Shown here in pieces: positions 42,463-52,993 of a DNA stretch of 64,000 nucleotides (the first letter of the stretch is position 1; each line of letters opens with the position of its first letter). The stretch comes from an uncultured Clostridiaceae bacterium. GTDB lineage: Bacteria; Bacillota; Clostridia; TANB77; CAG-465. Made by a program: the position numbers and the translations under genes. Under the pieces are notes generated by a model. That model worked only from the letters and a program-made list of their open reading frames with translations. It did not search any database and was not told the DNA's origin. The stretch spans positions 18,950 to 82,949 of the forward strand of contig CAYJMD010000001.1 in assembly GCA_964371585.1 (NCBI GenBank). Reading direction: 5' to 3'.

Positions 42463-42705
42463 ATGGGAATATTAGACTGGATACTATCTATTACAACAGT
42501 TATAATTGGAGTAATAACAACTATAGTTATAATGATGCAAAGTTCTAAAACAGCAGGAAACGCAGTTGTAAATGATTCAAATACATTTTATGCAAGTAAT
42601 AAATCAAAAACTTTAGATGGATTATTATCTAAATATACAGTTATATTATCGTTAGTATTTATAGCACTTTGTACTGCTACAACAATTTCTATTATGATAA
42701 TATAA
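42463..42705 (+). CDS. secG: Preprotein translocase subunit SecG.
   Basis: 80 aa, two TM helices, 'QSSKTAG'. Confidence 0.7.
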   Translation: MGILDWILSITTVIIGVITTIVIMMQSSKTAGNAVVNDSNTFYASNKSKTLDGLLSKYTVILSLVFIALCTATTISIMII

Positions 42706-42728
42706 TATAAAAGAAAAGAAGGTTAATA

Positions 42729-44912
42729 ATGAAAAAAAATAATTTTAAATTTAATAAAAAAAGAAGTAGTAATAAAACTACTCCTGATATAAATAAAGAT
42801 TATATGCTAAGGAAGAATAAAATATCTTCCTTTTTTCATAGGAAAAAATATGTACCTATGACAAAAAAAGAAATAGCTACTCTTTTAAATATATCAAAAA
42901 AGGACATGCCATATTTAGATTTAATGCTTAAAGAACTAGAAAATAGTGGTAAAATTGTTCTTAATAAATCAAGAAGATACATTGTTGTTAAAGATGAAAA
43001 GAAAATCAAATGTATTTTTGATTATAAAGGTGAATATGGTTTTGGCATTATAATAGATAGTGATGAAGAAGATATATTTATTCCAGCTCACTATATGAGT
43101 AATGCTATGAATAAAGATGAAGTAGAAGTTATTTTAGATAAAACTTCAAACTTTAGAAAAAGTAGAAAAGTTGGTAAAATAGTAAATATTATAAAAAGAA
43201 GTATTACTAGTGTAATGGGAGAAATTATACAATTATCATCAAACTACTATGTATTACCATTAGATAAAAAAATACCTAATATATTAATTAGTAACTTTTC
43301 AAAAGATTATAATATAGGTGATGTGGTAGAAATAAAGATTACTCAATATCCTACTAGAAACGGTAATATGGCTGGTGATATAGTAAGAAATATTGGTTCT
43401 AAAGAGGCAACTAAAACATATGTAGATGCACTTTACTATACTCATGATTTAGATAAAATGGAAAGTTTCTCTAAAGAAGTAGAAGAAGAGGTTAGTAAGA
43501 TTCCTTCTGAAGTACAAACGGTTGATTTACTTTCAAGAGTAGATAGAACAAGAGAAAATGTATTTACAATAGATAGTTATGAAGCTAAAGATTTAGATGA
43601 CGCTATATCTATCAAATTAAATGATGATGGTACATATAAATTATCAGTATATATTGCAGATGTAAGTCATTATGTAAGAGAAGGTACTAAACTTGGTGAA
43701 GAAGCTTTAAAAAGAGCTACAAGTATTTATGTACCTGGTTCTGTTATTCCAATGCTTCCTAAAAAATTATCAAATGGTATATGTAGCTTAAGTGAAAATG
43801 AGCTAAGACTTGTACTTGCTATTGATATGGATATAGATAATCAAGGTAATGTGATTAAAGAAACTATATTTAAAGGATATATTAAATCTAAGAAAAAGAT
43901 GACTTATGAAAATGTATATAAAGCTTTAGAAGGTACAGATCCAAATATTACTGAGGAATATAAAGAGTTTTTACCAGACTTAAAACTTATGAAAAAATTA
44001 GCTGATATATTAACTGCTAAAAGATATGAACTTGGAAGTATTAATTTTGACATACCAGAAACAAAAATTGTTTTAGACAAAGATGGAAATGTGGAAGGAA
44101 TTAAACAATATCCTATAAATTATGCAAATAAAATGATAGAAGAGTTTATGCTTATTAGTAATTTAACAGTTGCTAAAAAGTTTTTAAATCTTAATCTTCC
44201 ATTTATATACCGTATACATGAAACACCAGATGAAGAGAAATTAAGAAACTTAAATGAGATACTAACAGGGTATAATAAAAAATTAAAATCTGTTAAAAAT
44301 GTAACTCCTAAAATGATGCAAGAAGTTATGGAAGATTTTAAATCAGAAGAAGAAAAACAAGTGCTTAGTACAATAGCACTTAGAACTTTAAAGTTGGCTA
44401 AGTATAGTGAAGAATGTATTGGACATTTCGGTCTTGCATTTAAATACTATTGTCACTTTACTTCTCCAATAAGAAGATATCCAGATTTATTTATTCATAG
44501 AGTAATAAGTGATTATATACTAAATGGAAATAAATTAAGTAATAAAGATAAAGAAAGATATGAGAAACAAGCACCAAATTATTCTATGATTTCAACTGAT
44601 AGAGAGAAAAACTCTACTCTTATTGAAAGAGATTTTGATGATTTATATATGGCTATATATATGAAAGATCATATTGATGAGGAATTTGAAGCTAGAATAT
44701 CTTCAGTAACTTCTTTTGGCATGTTTGTAAAATTAGAAAATACTGTTGAAGGTTTAGTTCATATAACAACTTTAAATGGATTTTATGAATTTGATGATAA
44801 AAAGTATATACTAAAAAGTGGTAAAACAATATATAAAATAGGTGATAAGGTTAAAGTTAAATTAACAGGTGTAGATGTAAAATTAAAAGAGGTTAACTTT
44901 AAACTGGTTTAG
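42729..44912 (+). CDS. rnr: Ribonuclease R (RNB + S1).
   Basis: 'FTIDSYEAKDLDDAIS', 'HFGLAFKYYCHFTSPIRRYPD', C-terminal S1. Confidence 0.9.
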   Translation: MKKNNFKFNKKRSSNKTTPDINKDYMLRKNKISSFFHRKKYVPMTKKEIATLLNISKKDMPYLDLMLKELENSGKIVLNKSRRYIVVKDEKKIKCIFDYKGEYGFGIIIDSDEEDIFIPAHYMSNAMNKDEVEVILDKTSNFRKSRKVGKIVNIIKRSITSVMGEIIQLSSNYYVLPLDKKIPNILISNFSKDYNIGDVVEIKITQYPTRNGNMAGDIVRNIGSKEATKTYVDALYYTHDLDKMESFSKEVEEEVSKIPSEVQTVDLLSRVDRTRENVFTIDSYEAKDLDDAISIKLNDDGTYKLSVYIADVSHYVREGTKLGEEALKRATSIYVPGSVIPMLPKKLSNGICSLSENELRLVLAIDMDIDNQGNVIKETIFKGYIKSKKKMTYENVYKALEGTDPNITEEYKEFLPDLKLMKKLADILTAKRYELGSINFDIPETKIVLDKDGNVEGIKQYPINYANKMIEEFMLISNLTVAKKFLNLNLPFIYRIHETPDEEKLRNLNEILTGYNKKLKSVKNVTPKMMQEVMEDFKSEEEKQVLSTIALRTLKLAKYSEECIGHFGLAFKYYCHFTSPIRRYPDLFIHRVISDYILNGNKLSNKDKERYEKQAPNYSMISTDREKNSTLIERDFDDLYMAIYMKDHIDEEFEARISSVTSFGMFVKLENTVEGLVHITTLNGFYEFDDKKYILKSGKTIYKIGDKVKVKLTGVDVKLKEVNFKLV

Positions 44913-44929
44913 AGTAGGAGTATGATTTG

Positions 44930-45679
44930 ATGAGTGAAAATGTAAAAACTACAAAAAATAAAATTGTAAGTAAAAGTAATAGAGATACTAATAATACTAG
45001 AAATAGTAAAAAAAATAATAAAAAAGACAATATAATTATAGCAAATATAAGAGAATTTATTATATTTTATAATTCTAAATTAAAGAAGACTCATATTATT
45101 ACATTTGCTATATCTGTCATAATATTTTTTTGGTTACTTGCAACATTATTTATAGATTCAGCAGCAATTACAGATTTTGTGAGCTCTATGAATCTTAGTA
45201 ATAATGGTAGAATTGATACTATATTTACAGAAAAATTACCATTATCATTTTTAATTGTGTTTTCTGGTATTACTCCATATGCTTTTATTCCAGTAATAGG
45301 AGTTATAGGTTTCCCATATGCACTAGCATTAGGTCTTGTAGGGGCTAATACATTTACAATGATAATAGGTGTTATAAGTGGTATACTACAATTATTTTTT
45401 ACAAGTATGCTTGTAGCAGCAGGAATAAATTATTGTGTTAATTCAACTAAGAAGTTTAGATATTCACAGGCTATAACATTTGGATTATCAGATGTAATGA
45501 TACAGATTTATGAAATAAGAAAAAATGATAAAAAGGTACAAGAACTAAAAGATAAAAAATTAAAAAAAGATGAAAAAAGAGAAGCTTTAAATGTAAAAAT
45601 AGAATATAAAAAATTAATTCTTGCTACAATAATTCCATTTATATTTATTGCTTTAATAACATTAATAACAGGAGTATAA
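44930..45679 (+). CDS. Hypothetical membrane protein.
   Basis: Basic N-terminus followed by 4-5 TM segments. Confidence 0.4.
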   Translation: MSENVKTTKNKIVSKSNRDTNNTRNSKKNNKKDNIIIANIREFIIFYNSKLKKTHIITFAISVIIFFWLLATLFIDSAAITDFVSSMNLSNNGRIDTIFTEKLPLSFLIVFSGITPYAFIPVIGVIGFPYALALGLVGANTFTMIIGVISGILQLFFTSMLVAAGINYCVNSTKKFRYSQAITFGLSDVMIQIYEIRKNDKKVQELKDKKLKKDEKREALNVKIEYKKLILATIIPFIFIALITLITGV

Positions 45680-45683
45680 AATT

Positions 45684-46313
45684 ATGAGAATGAGAAATAA
45701 TAGTAATGCAGAAAATGAATTACTAAACTGTAGTAGATATATAGCTTCAAAAGAAGCTTTAGACACTATACTAAAAGATAAAAAAATAAATTTAGAGATA
45801 GGTATGGGAAAAGGGCAATTTATTGCTAATATGGCTTTAGAAAATAAAGATAAAATATTTATTGGAGTAGAGCTTTGTAAATCTGTACTTGCTTTAGCAG
45901 TTAAAAAGATTAAAAGATTTGAGGAAGAAAATAATGTTAAATTAGATAATCTATATTTAATGTCATTTGATGCAATTACTATAGCAGAATATTTTGATAA
46001 AGATCAGATAGAAACATTATATCTTAATTTTAGTGATCCTTGGCCAAAGAAAAAACATGCGAAAAGAAGATTAACTCATGAAAACTTTTTAAAAGAGTAT
46101 GCTAAAGTTTTAGATAGTAAAGGGCATATTAGATTTAAAACTGATAATATTAAACTTTTTGAATCTAGTCTACTTTCAATGAATAACTATGGAGTTAAAT
46201 TTGAAGAGGTATATCTAGATCTTCATAAAACTGAAGTATACAATATAAAAACAGAATACGAAGAAAAATTTTCAAAGTTTGGTCCAATATATATGCTTAT
46301 TTGTAAGTTATAA
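45684..46313 (+). CDS. trmB: tRNA (guanine-N7)-methyltransferase.
   Basis: 'LEIGMGKGQFIANMA', 'FSDPWPKKKHAKRR'. Confidence 0.85.
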   Translation: MRMRNNSNAENELLNCSRYIASKEALDTILKDKKINLEIGMGKGQFIANMALENKDKIFIGVELCKSVLALAVKKIKRFEEENNVKLDNLYLMSFDAITIAEYFDKDQIETLYLNFSDPWPKKKHAKRRLTHENFLKEYAKVLDSKGHIRFKTDNIKLFESSLLSMNNYGVKFEEVYLDLHKTEVYNIKTEYEEKFSKFGPIYMLICKL

Positions 46314-46359
46314 AAATAGTTAAAATTTTACTAAAATTATACAAATTTCTAAATATGTA

Positions 46360-46388
46360 TTGACAAATTACTTAAAATAAGTTACAAT
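46360..46388 (+). promoter_or_regulatory. Sigma-A promoter for the tRNA pair.
   Basis: TTGACA, 17 nt, TACAAT. Confidence 0.55.
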
Positions 46389-46404
46389 ATTATACGTAAG
46401 TCAC

Positions 46405-46482
46405 GGTGGGTATAGCTCATATGGTTAGAGCGCTAGTTTGTGGCACTAGAGGCGATGGGTTCGATCCCCATTATCCACCCCA
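46405..46482 (+). tRNA. tRNA-His (anticodon GTG) with G-1 and encoded CCA.
   Basis: Cloverleaf folded by hand. Acceptor GTGGGTA/TATCCAC. Extra 5' G pairs with the discriminator C. Anticodon loop TTGTGGC. Confidence 0.8.
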
Positions 46483-46513
46483 CTTATTTATGACTATATT
46501 GTAACTCATATAT

Positions 46514-46589
46514 TGGGGTATCGCCAAGTGGTAAGGCACCAGGTTTTGATCCTGGCATTTCGTTGGTTCGAATCCAGCTACCCCAGCCA
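46514..46589 (+). tRNA. tRNA-Gln (anticodon TTG) with encoded CCA.
   Basis: Acceptor TGGGGTA/TACCCCA. Anticodon stem CCAGG/CCTGG. Loop TTTTGAT. Confidence 0.8.
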
Positions 46590-46597
46590 AATAAAAA

Positions 46598-46628
46598 CCC
46601 TCATAGGAATTTTCTGTGAGGGTTTTGT
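46598..46628 (+). terminator. Rho-independent terminator after the tRNAs.
   Basis: CCCTCATAG gaattttct CTGTGAGGG followed by TTTTGT. Confidence 0.65.
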
Positions 46629-46722
46629 GCTGTAAAAAAATAGACTGCCAAATTTAATATAAAGTATTGTAGAAAAAAATATATGTGATATAATAGTAGT
46701 GTAAATAATTAGGAGGAAAATT

Positions 46723-47562
46723 ATGAATAATAAAATATTATTAGCAGTTATAATAGTAATTGTAGTCATTGCTCTTGTTGTAGGAGGAATGATGTTGTCT
46801 AATCAGCCAGCTGAAAATACAAATCTAGATTTAGTCAAAGCTGAGGAGAATGTTAAAAACATTAAATCAGATGTATATTCTATTTCTTTAGTAGGAACAG
46901 AAATATCAAATGATCCAGAACTTATGGGAGAAATGGTATCATATGTATACGATTTTAATTTAGAAGATTATGGCATTGATTCTGAAAAAATAGCTTCCAA
47001 TAATGGTATGCTAGAATTTAATATGTATAAAACAGATGAAAACTCATTTGTAATAGTTAAAGCAAAAGATGAATATAAATCAGAGCTTGAAGCTGAGTTT
47101 GATACATATTTTAAAGATAAAACAAGTGTAGTTAAAGAAGAAGTAAATGGTTATTTAGTATATCTAGATACTAAAGATAATGTTAAAGCTTTAGAAATAG
47201 TAAAAACTAAAGGATACCAACCATTATTTGCAGATTTAATGAAATTAGATTCAAGTACATTAAATTTAGTTGGTCTTGTAGAAGATGATTTAGCTGAATA
47301 TAGTGTTTATCTACCTGCATTTATGATTTCATCAGAGCAATACATGATTGTAAAACCAGCAGAAGGTAAAGAAGAAACGGTAAAAACTTTAATTGAAGAT
47401 TATTTCACTAAAGAAGAAGAAAAATGGAGTACATATCTTCCAGATCAATATGCTTTAATGCAAAATAGAACTACTGCTCAAGTAGGGGACTATTTAGTAT
47501 ATATAGTATCAAAAGATAATACAAAAGTACTTGATACTATAAAAAGTTCAGTTAAAGAGTAA
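46723..47562 (+). CDS. Membrane-anchored hypothetical protein (N-terminal TM, extracytoplasmic domain).
   Basis: 'ILLAVIIVIVVIALVVGGMML' followed by a soluble domain. Good RBS. Confidence 0.45.
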   Translation: MNNKILLAVIIVIVVIALVVGGMMLSNQPAENTNLDLVKAEENVKNIKSDVYSISLVGTEISNDPELMGEMVSYVYDFNLEDYGIDSEKIASNNGMLEFNMYKTDENSFVIVKAKDEYKSELEAEFDTYFKDKTSVVKEEVNGYLVYLDTKDNVKALEIVKTKGYQPLFADLMKLDSSTLNLVGLVEDDLAEYSVYLPAFMISSEQYMIVKPAEGKEETVKTLIEDYFTKEEEKWSTYLPDQYALMQNRTTAQVGDYLVYIVSKDNTKVLDTIKSSVKE

Positions 47563-47589
47563 TAGTTATTAAATAACAAATTATAGATA

Positions 47590-47627
47590 AAGAGTTAAGG
47601 AAATAAAATCCTTAGCTCTTTTGTTTT
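47590..47627 (+). terminator. Rho-independent terminator.
   Basis: AAGAGTTAAGGA...TCCTTAGCTCTT followed by TTGTTTT. Confidence 0.55.
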
Positions 47628-47752
47628 AATATAAATTAAAGTAGATATTAATTTATATTTTTTATAAATCTTGAAAATAAGTGTTTGGTATGATATAATA
47701 TCTTATGTTAACAATTCTAACTTTTATTATAATTAAGAAAAGGGGAAATATT

Positions 47753-49027
47753 ATGAAAAAGCCAAAAAAACACAAAAAGACTATATATTGTCAAAGTTGT
47801 AAAACAGAGCTTCAAAAAAAATATGATGATATTATTCCATATGCACTATATAAAGAAGGTAAGGTAGCGATTTGTAATTATTGTATACAAGATTTATATA
47901 ATATGCATATAGAGCAGTCTATCGATTGTCAAAAAATTGTTGAAGCTTCTGCTGAAACTATTAAAACTGCTATGCAAGAAATGGATCAAGATGAAAGTAA
48001 AACGCTCGAAAATAAAATTGAAGTATCAGAAAATAATCTGCTTCAAAAGATTGAATATGCTAAATTGCATGTTAAAAATCAGGATGATGAACTTTCCAAG
48101 ATTATTACAACTATTGAATTTAATTTGGATGCAACAACAAAAAAAGTGAAATCTAATATTTTGATTCAAGGAGCATCAGGTTCAGGAAAAACACTTATAA
48201 CTGAAATATTACAAGATATTTTTGAGACTCCAATTGTACTAATTAATGCTACAGAATTTACCAAATCTGGTTATGTTGGTAAAAATGTTGAGGATATGGT
48301 AAAACAATTATACTTGAGATGTGGTGGAAATAAGAAAAAAGCTGAAAGAGGTATAATTTGTATAGATGAAATTGATAAAAAAGCATCAAGAAGTGGATCG
48401 ACTAATTTAGATTCATTTGATGAAGATTTTCTTGATTCACTTTTGACTATGCTTCAAGGACAAAAAATTATATTTACTCATAATCATAAAGATATTGAAA
48501 TCGATACTTCATTTATTACCTTTATTGGTATGGGAGCTTTTACAGGAATAGATGAAATACGTAGTAAAAGAATTTCTGGTAAAGGTACTATTGGATTTAT
48601 TACAAAAGATAATGATTTGAATAATAAAATTGAAAAATACACATATGAAGATTTTGAAGAATATGGTCTTCATAAACAGTTTATAACTAGATTTCCTAAT
48701 ATAGTAGAACTCAACAACCATGATTTAGATAGTTTAACTGAGATTGTTTCTTCTTCTCATTCGTCAGGTTTTATAATGTGGAAAAATGAATTAGAGCAAA
48801 GAGGAGTTACTCTTGAAATTCCAGAAAATTTGTATAGTAAAGTAGCACAAAAAGCACTTGAAAGTACATCTGGTGCTAGAGGCATTAATAATGTCATGCA
48901 ATATATTTTTGGGAATATAAAAAAAGATCTGAGTATATTAAGTTCAATATCAGCGATAAGGCTTGGAGACAATATAACAGAGGATAATACTGATTATGAA
49001 GTTATCATAAATAAGTTATGTAATTAA
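47753..49027 (+). CDS. Divergent ClpX-family AAA+ ATPase paralogue (N-terminal C4 zinc-binding domain, GYVG pore loop, IGF loop).
   Basis: 'CQSC...CNYC', 'IQGASGSGKTLI', 'KSGYVGKNVEDM', 'ICIDEIDK', 'GTIGF', 'SGARGI'. RBS AAGGGGA before the ATG at 47753. Confidence 0.7.
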   Translation: MKKPKKHKKTIYCQSCKTELQKKYDDIIPYALYKEGKVAICNYCIQDLYNMHIEQSIDCQKIVEASAETIKTAMQEMDQDESKTLENKIEVSENNLLQKIEYAKLHVKNQDDELSKIITTIEFNLDATTKKVKSNILIQGASGSGKTLITEILQDIFETPIVLINATEFTKSGYVGKNVEDMVKQLYLRCGGNKKKAERGIICIDEIDKKASRSGSTNLDSFDEDFLDSLLTMLQGQKIIFTHNHKDIEIDTSFITFIGMGAFTGIDEIRSKRISGKGTIGFITKDNDLNNKIEKYTYEDFEEYGLHKQFITRFPNIVELNNHDLDSLTEIVSSSHSSGFIMWKNELEQRGVTLEIPENLYSKVAQKALESTSGARGINNVMQYIFGNIKKDLSILSSISAIRLGDNITEDNTDYEVIINKLCN

Positions 49028-49039
49028 CTATTAAAATTA

Positions 49040-49077
49040 AACCATCTAATAAATAAATTTTATTAGGTGGTTTTTTA
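49040..49077 (+). terminator. Rho-independent terminator after the ClpX-like gene.
   Basis: AACCATCTAATAAA taaa TTTATTAGGTGGTT followed by TTTTT. Confidence 0.6.
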
Positions 49078-49120
49078 TACAAAAAAATATTTAAAAATTT
49101 ACATAATTGATAAAAAACTA

Positions 49121-49149
49121 TTGACATAATGCTTATCGTAGTGTATAAT
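49121..49149 (+). promoter_or_regulatory. Consensus sigma-A promoter of the ylxM-ffh-rpsP operon.
   Basis: TTGACA, 17 nt, TGtTATAAT. Confidence 0.6.
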
Positions 49150-49197
49150 AGTGTAAAGTAAAAAAGTTTTACACACTTGTTTAAGAGGTGAGGATTT

Positions 49198-49503
49198 ATG
49201 AATAAAAATATAATGTACATAGAGCTGTATGATATTTATGGTAAATTACTTACTAAAAAACAGCAATATACTTTTAACTTATATTATATGTGTGATTTAT
49301 CTTTAAGAGAAATTGCAGAAAATGAAAATATTAGTTTCCAAGCAGTAAGAGATTGCATAAAGAAAGCTGAAAAACAGTTAGATGAGTTTGAATCTGTTAT
49401 AGGGATGCTAAAACAAAAGGAATATACTACTAAATTAAAAGATACTTTAAAAGAGCTTGATTTTAATAATAGTAAACTTGATAAAATATTAAATAAGATG
49501 TAA
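49198..49503 (+). CDS. ylxM: YlxM/UPF0122 HTH protein (SRP-operon associated).
   Basis: 'YMCDLSLREIAENENISFQAVRDCIKKAEKQL'. Position upstream of ffh. Confidence 0.7.
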   Translation: MNKNIMYIELYDIYGKLLTKKQQYTFNLYYMCDLSLREIAENENISFQAVRDCIKKAEKQLDEFESVIGMLKQKEYTTKLKDTLKELDFNNSKLDKILNKM

Positions 49504-49519
49504 GGTGAGGTAGATATAA

Positions 49520-50854
49520 ATGTTTGAAAATCTTTCAGATAAATTACAAAAAGTAGTTAAGAAATTAAAAGGTCAAACTAGAATTACAGCAAAAGAATTA
49601 GATGAAATGTTAAGAGAAGTTAAACTTGCACTTTTAGAAGCTGATGTTAACTATAAAGTAGTTAAAGAATTTACAGCTAAAATTAGTGAGAAAGCTTTAG
49701 GAAGTGATGTTTTAGATAGTTTATCACCAGGGCAACAAGTAGTTAAAATAGTTAAAGATGAACTAAGCTTATTACTTGGTGATGGTAGTGCTAAACTTAA
49801 TACTTCAACTAATCCTCCAACAGTTATTATGCTTGTTGGATTACAAGGAAGTGGTAAAACTACGTTATGTGGTAAATTATCAAATTACTTAAGAAAAAAA
49901 GGTAAAAAACCACTTATGGTTGCTTGTGATGTATATAGACCAGCAGCTGTAAAACAACTTCAAACATTAGGACTGAGTCTAAATGTTCCTGTATACAGTA
50001 AAGAAAACGAAACAGATGTAACAGTTATAGTTAAAGAAGCTTTTAAAGAGGCTAATACTAAACTATGTGATACTGTTATTATAGATACAGCTGGTAGATT
50101 ACAAATTGATGATAAACTTATGAATGAACTTGTTGAACTAAAAAAAGTTGCAAGACCTCATGAAATTATGCTTGTTGTTGATAGTATGACAGGTCAAGAA
50201 GCTGTTAATGTTGCTGAAACTTTCAATGAAAAAGTTGGAATTGACTCAGTAACTATGACTAAACTTGATTCTGATACTCGTGGAGGAGCAGCATTATCTG
50301 TTAAATCTGTTACTAAAAAACCAATTAAGTTTGCTTCTGTAGGTGAAAAACTAAGTGATTTAGAAGAATTTCATCCTGAAAGAGTTGCTTCAAGAATACT
50401 TGGTATGGGAGATGTTTTATCAATAATAGATAAAGCAGAAGAAGCATTTAATGAAGAAGAAGCTGCAAACTTAGAAAAGAAAATGAAAAAGAATAATTTT
50501 GATCTTGATGATTACTTAATGTATATGAAAAAGATTAAAAAAATGGGTTCTTTTAAATCTATTTTAGCTATGTTACCGGGAGTTCCTAAAGAACTTAAGG
50601 ATGCTGAAATTGATGAAAAACAAATTGAGAGAATTAATGCTATTGTAACATCAATGACAAAAAAAGAAAGAGCTAATCCTAAAATATTAAATGGTTCTAG
50701 AAGACTTAGAATTGCAAAAGGAAGCGGTAATAAAGTTGAAGATGTTAATAAGTTTATGAATCAATTTGAACAAATGCAAAAAATGATGAAAACTATGATG
50801 AATTCAAAAAGACCTATGGGTGGTATGGATTTAAATAGTATGTTTAAAAAATAG
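49520..50854 (+). CDS. ffh: Signal recognition particle protein Ffh.
   Basis: 'LVGLQGSGKTTLCGKL', 'DTAGRLQID', M-domain methionine-rich C-terminus. Confidence 0.9.
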   Translation: MFENLSDKLQKVVKKLKGQTRITAKELDEMLREVKLALLEADVNYKVVKEFTAKISEKALGSDVLDSLSPGQQVVKIVKDELSLLLGDGSAKLNTSTNPPTVIMLVGLQGSGKTTLCGKLSNYLRKKGKKPLMVACDVYRPAAVKQLQTLGLSLNVPVYSKENETDVTVIVKEAFKEANTKLCDTVIIDTAGRLQIDDKLMNELVELKKVARPHEIMLVVDSMTGQEAVNVAETFNEKVGIDSVTMTKLDSDTRGGAALSVKSVTKKPIKFASVGEKLSDLEEFHPERVASRILGMGDVLSIIDKAEEAFNEEEAANLEKKMKKNNFDLDDYLMYMKKIKKMGSFKSILAMLPGVPKELKDAEIDEKQIERINAIVTSMTKKERANPKILNGSRRLRIAKGSGNKVEDVNKFMNQFEQMQKMMKTMMNSKRPMGGMDLNSMFKK

Positions 50855-50916
50855 CGATAATAATTACATTTTAATTGTTATATATATATTTAGTTAATTT
50901 TAAGGAGGTGAACTAA

Positions 50917-51159
50917 ATGGTAAAAATCAGATTAAGAAGAGATGGTGCTAAAAAAGCTCCATACTATACACTAGTTGTTTCTGATTCTAGATTTCCAGCT
51001 GATGGAAGATTTATAGAAAAAGTTGGTGTATACAATCCAATGGTTGAACCAGCACTTATAGAAGTAAACAAAGAAAAAGTTGAAAAATGGATAAAAAATG
51101 GTGCGAAACCAACAGATACTGCAAAAGCTTTAATTAAAAAAGCTGGTATCGAAATATAA
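50917..51159 (+). CDS. rpsP: 30S ribosomal protein S16.
   Basis: '[21 protein letters not shown]'. Confidence 0.9.
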   Translation: MVKIRLRRDGAKKAPYYTLVVSDSRFPADGRFIEKVGVYNPMVEPALIEVNKEKVEKWIKNGAKPTDTAKALIKKAGIEI

Positions 51160-51170
51160 GGAGGAAGAAA

Positions 51171-51413
51171 ATGTATAAAGAATTATTAACATACATTGTT
51201 AAAGGCCTTGTAAGTGACACAACAAGTGTTAAAGTAGTTGAAGATGTAAAAGAAGATAGAACTGTTTACAGAATTTCAGCATCTAAAGAAGAAATGGGAA
51301 GAATAATAGGAAAAGAAGGAAGAATAATTCGTTCAATTCGTGAAATTATGAGAGCTTATGCTTCTAAAAATGGTGAAAAGATTGTAGTAGATATCTTGGA
51401 TGAAAAAGAGTAG
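51171..51413 (+). CDS. KH-domain RNA-binding protein (YlqC-like).
   Basis: 'GRIIGKEGRIIRSIREI'. Confidence 0.75.
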   Translation: MYKELLTYIVKGLVSDTTSVKVVEDVKEDRTVYRISASKEEMGRIIGKEGRIIRSIREIMRAYASKNGEKIVVDILDEKE

Positions 51414-51421
51414 GCTACAAA

Positions 51422-51934
51422 ATGGAATTTATAAAAATTGGTCAAATAGTAAATGTACATGGTGTTAAAGGTGAAGTTAAAATTTATCCCTATACAAATG
51501 ATGCAGATAATTTACTAAGTTTAAAAAATATTTTTTTAGATGAAAAATTAACTGTTAAATATAAAGTTAAGAGTATTAGGCTTCATAAAAATATGCTTAT
51601 TGCTAAACTAGAAAATATTAATAGTATAGAAGAAACTAAAACTATAATGAACAGTTACATTTATATAGTTAAAGAAAAAATAAATGATGAAGATACTCAT
51701 TATGTTGAAGATTTAATTGGTCTTGATATATATGAAGTATCAGAAACTACAGAATTTAAAGATGCAAAATATTTTGGGCAGTTACTGGATGTTATTCAAC
51801 CAGGTGCAAATGATGTGTATGAAATAAAACATGAAAATGCTAAGGTGTATCTTCCTGTTATTAAGCAAGTAGTTAAAAAAATAGATATTCAAAATAAAAG
51901 AATATATGTTGAAATTATGGAGGGATTAATATAA
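51422..51934 (+). CDS. rimM: 16S rRNA processing protein RimM.
   Basis: 'IKIGQIVNVHGVKGEVKI', PRC barrel C-terminus. Confidence 0.85.
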   Translation: MEFIKIGQIVNVHGVKGEVKIYPYTNDADNLLSLKNIFLDEKLTVKYKVKSIRLHKNMLIAKLENINSIEETKTIMNSYIYIVKEKINDEDTHYVEDLIGLDIYEVSETTEFKDAKYFGQLLDVIQPGANDVYEIKHENAKVYLPVIKQVVKKIDIQNKRIYVEIMEGLI

Positions 51935-52623
51935 TGATTAAATTTATTGTTTTATCATTATTTCCTGAAATGTTTGATAATTTTAAATCTACTAGTATTA
52001 TTAAACGAAGTATTGAAAGTAATAAGCTTAAGTTAAAACTGATTGATATTAGAGATTTTTCTTTAGATAAATTTAGAAGAGTTGATGATACTCCTTATGG
52101 TGGTGGAAGTGGTATGGTTATGAGTGCAGAGCCTATAGCTAGAGCTATAGATCATGCCATAAGTAATTATAACTTAGATAACTATAAAGTTATTTATATG
52201 TCACCAAGAGGTAAAGTTTTAAATCATAATATTTCAAAATCTTTTTCTGAAGATTTAGATTGTACATATATAATTGTATGTGGGCATTATGAAGGCATTG
52301 ATGAAAGAGTTATATTAGAATATAATATGATTGAGCTTTCTATTGGGGATTATGTACTTACTGGAGGTGAGCTTCCAGCTATGGTATTTATTGATACAGT
52401 AACAAGACTTGTAGATGGAGTTATTTCTAAAGGTTCTTTAGAAAATGAATCTCATACAGATAAGTTACTTGAGTATCCACAATATACTAAACCATATGAG
52501 TTTAGAGGTAGAAAAGTTCCAGATGTACTTCTTAGTGGACATCATTTAAATATAGAAGAGTTTAGAAAAGAAGAATCATATAAAATAACTTTAAAAAACA
52601 GACCAGATTTATTAAAAAATTAG
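51934..52623 (+). CDS. trmD: tRNA (guanine37-N1)-methyltransferase.
   Basis: '[13 protein letters not shown]', '[16 protein letters not shown]'. Confidence 0.9.
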   Translation: MIKFIVLSLFPEMFDNFKSTSIIKRSIESNKLKLKLIDIRDFSLDKFRRVDDTPYGGGSGMVMSAEPIARAIDHAISNYNLDNYKVIYMSPRGKVLNHNISKSFSEDLDCTYIIVCGHYEGIDERVILEYNMIELSIGDYVLTGGELPAMVFIDTVTRLVDGVISKGSLENESHTDKLLEYPQYTKPYEFRGRKVPDVLLSGHHLNIEEFRKEESYKITLKNRPDLLKN

Positions 52624-52648
52624 ATATACGTTGGGAGGGAAATTAGAA

Positions 52649-52993
52649 ATGGATATCATAAAAAGCATAGAAAACGAATATAAAAAAGAAAACGTTGATA
52701 CTTTTAGAGTAGGTTCTACAGTTAAAGTTCACGTTAAAATTAAAGAAGGTAACAGAGAAAGAGTTCAAATATTTGAAGGAACTGTTATCAAACGTCAAAA
52801 TAGCGGGTTAAATGAAACAATGACAGTTAGAAAAATATCTAACGGTGTTGGTGTTGAAAGAACATTTGCAGTACATTCTCCAAAAATCGAAAAAATCGAA
52901 GTTACAAGAGAAGGTAAAGCAAGAAGAGCTAAATTATACTTCTTAAGAGATAGAGTTGGTAAAGCTGCTAAATTAAAAGAAAAAACAAAATAA
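52649..52993 (+). CDS. rplS: 50S ribosomal protein L19.
   Basis: '[26 protein letters not shown]'. RBS GGGAGGG before the ATG at 52649. Confidence 0.9.
   Translation: MDIIKSIENEYKKENVDTFRVGSTVKVHVKIKEGNRERVQIFEGTVIKRQNSGLNETMTVRKISNGVGVERTFAVHSPKIEKIEVTREGKARRAKLYFLRDRVGKAAKLKEKTK

Noticed and set aside
46405-46589. tRNA pair as a possible integration hotspot with an adjacent mobile element.
   Set aside because: No integrase, recombinase, direct repeat of the tRNA 3' end or phage-like genes nearby. The flanking genes are trmB and ordinary membrane proteins.
47937-48149. 70-aa +-strand ORF in an alternative frame inside the ClpX-like gene (similarly 21753-21935 inside dnaG).
   Set aside because: It overlaps a conserved CDS out of frame. 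It has no RBS and its composition is an artefact of the overlap.
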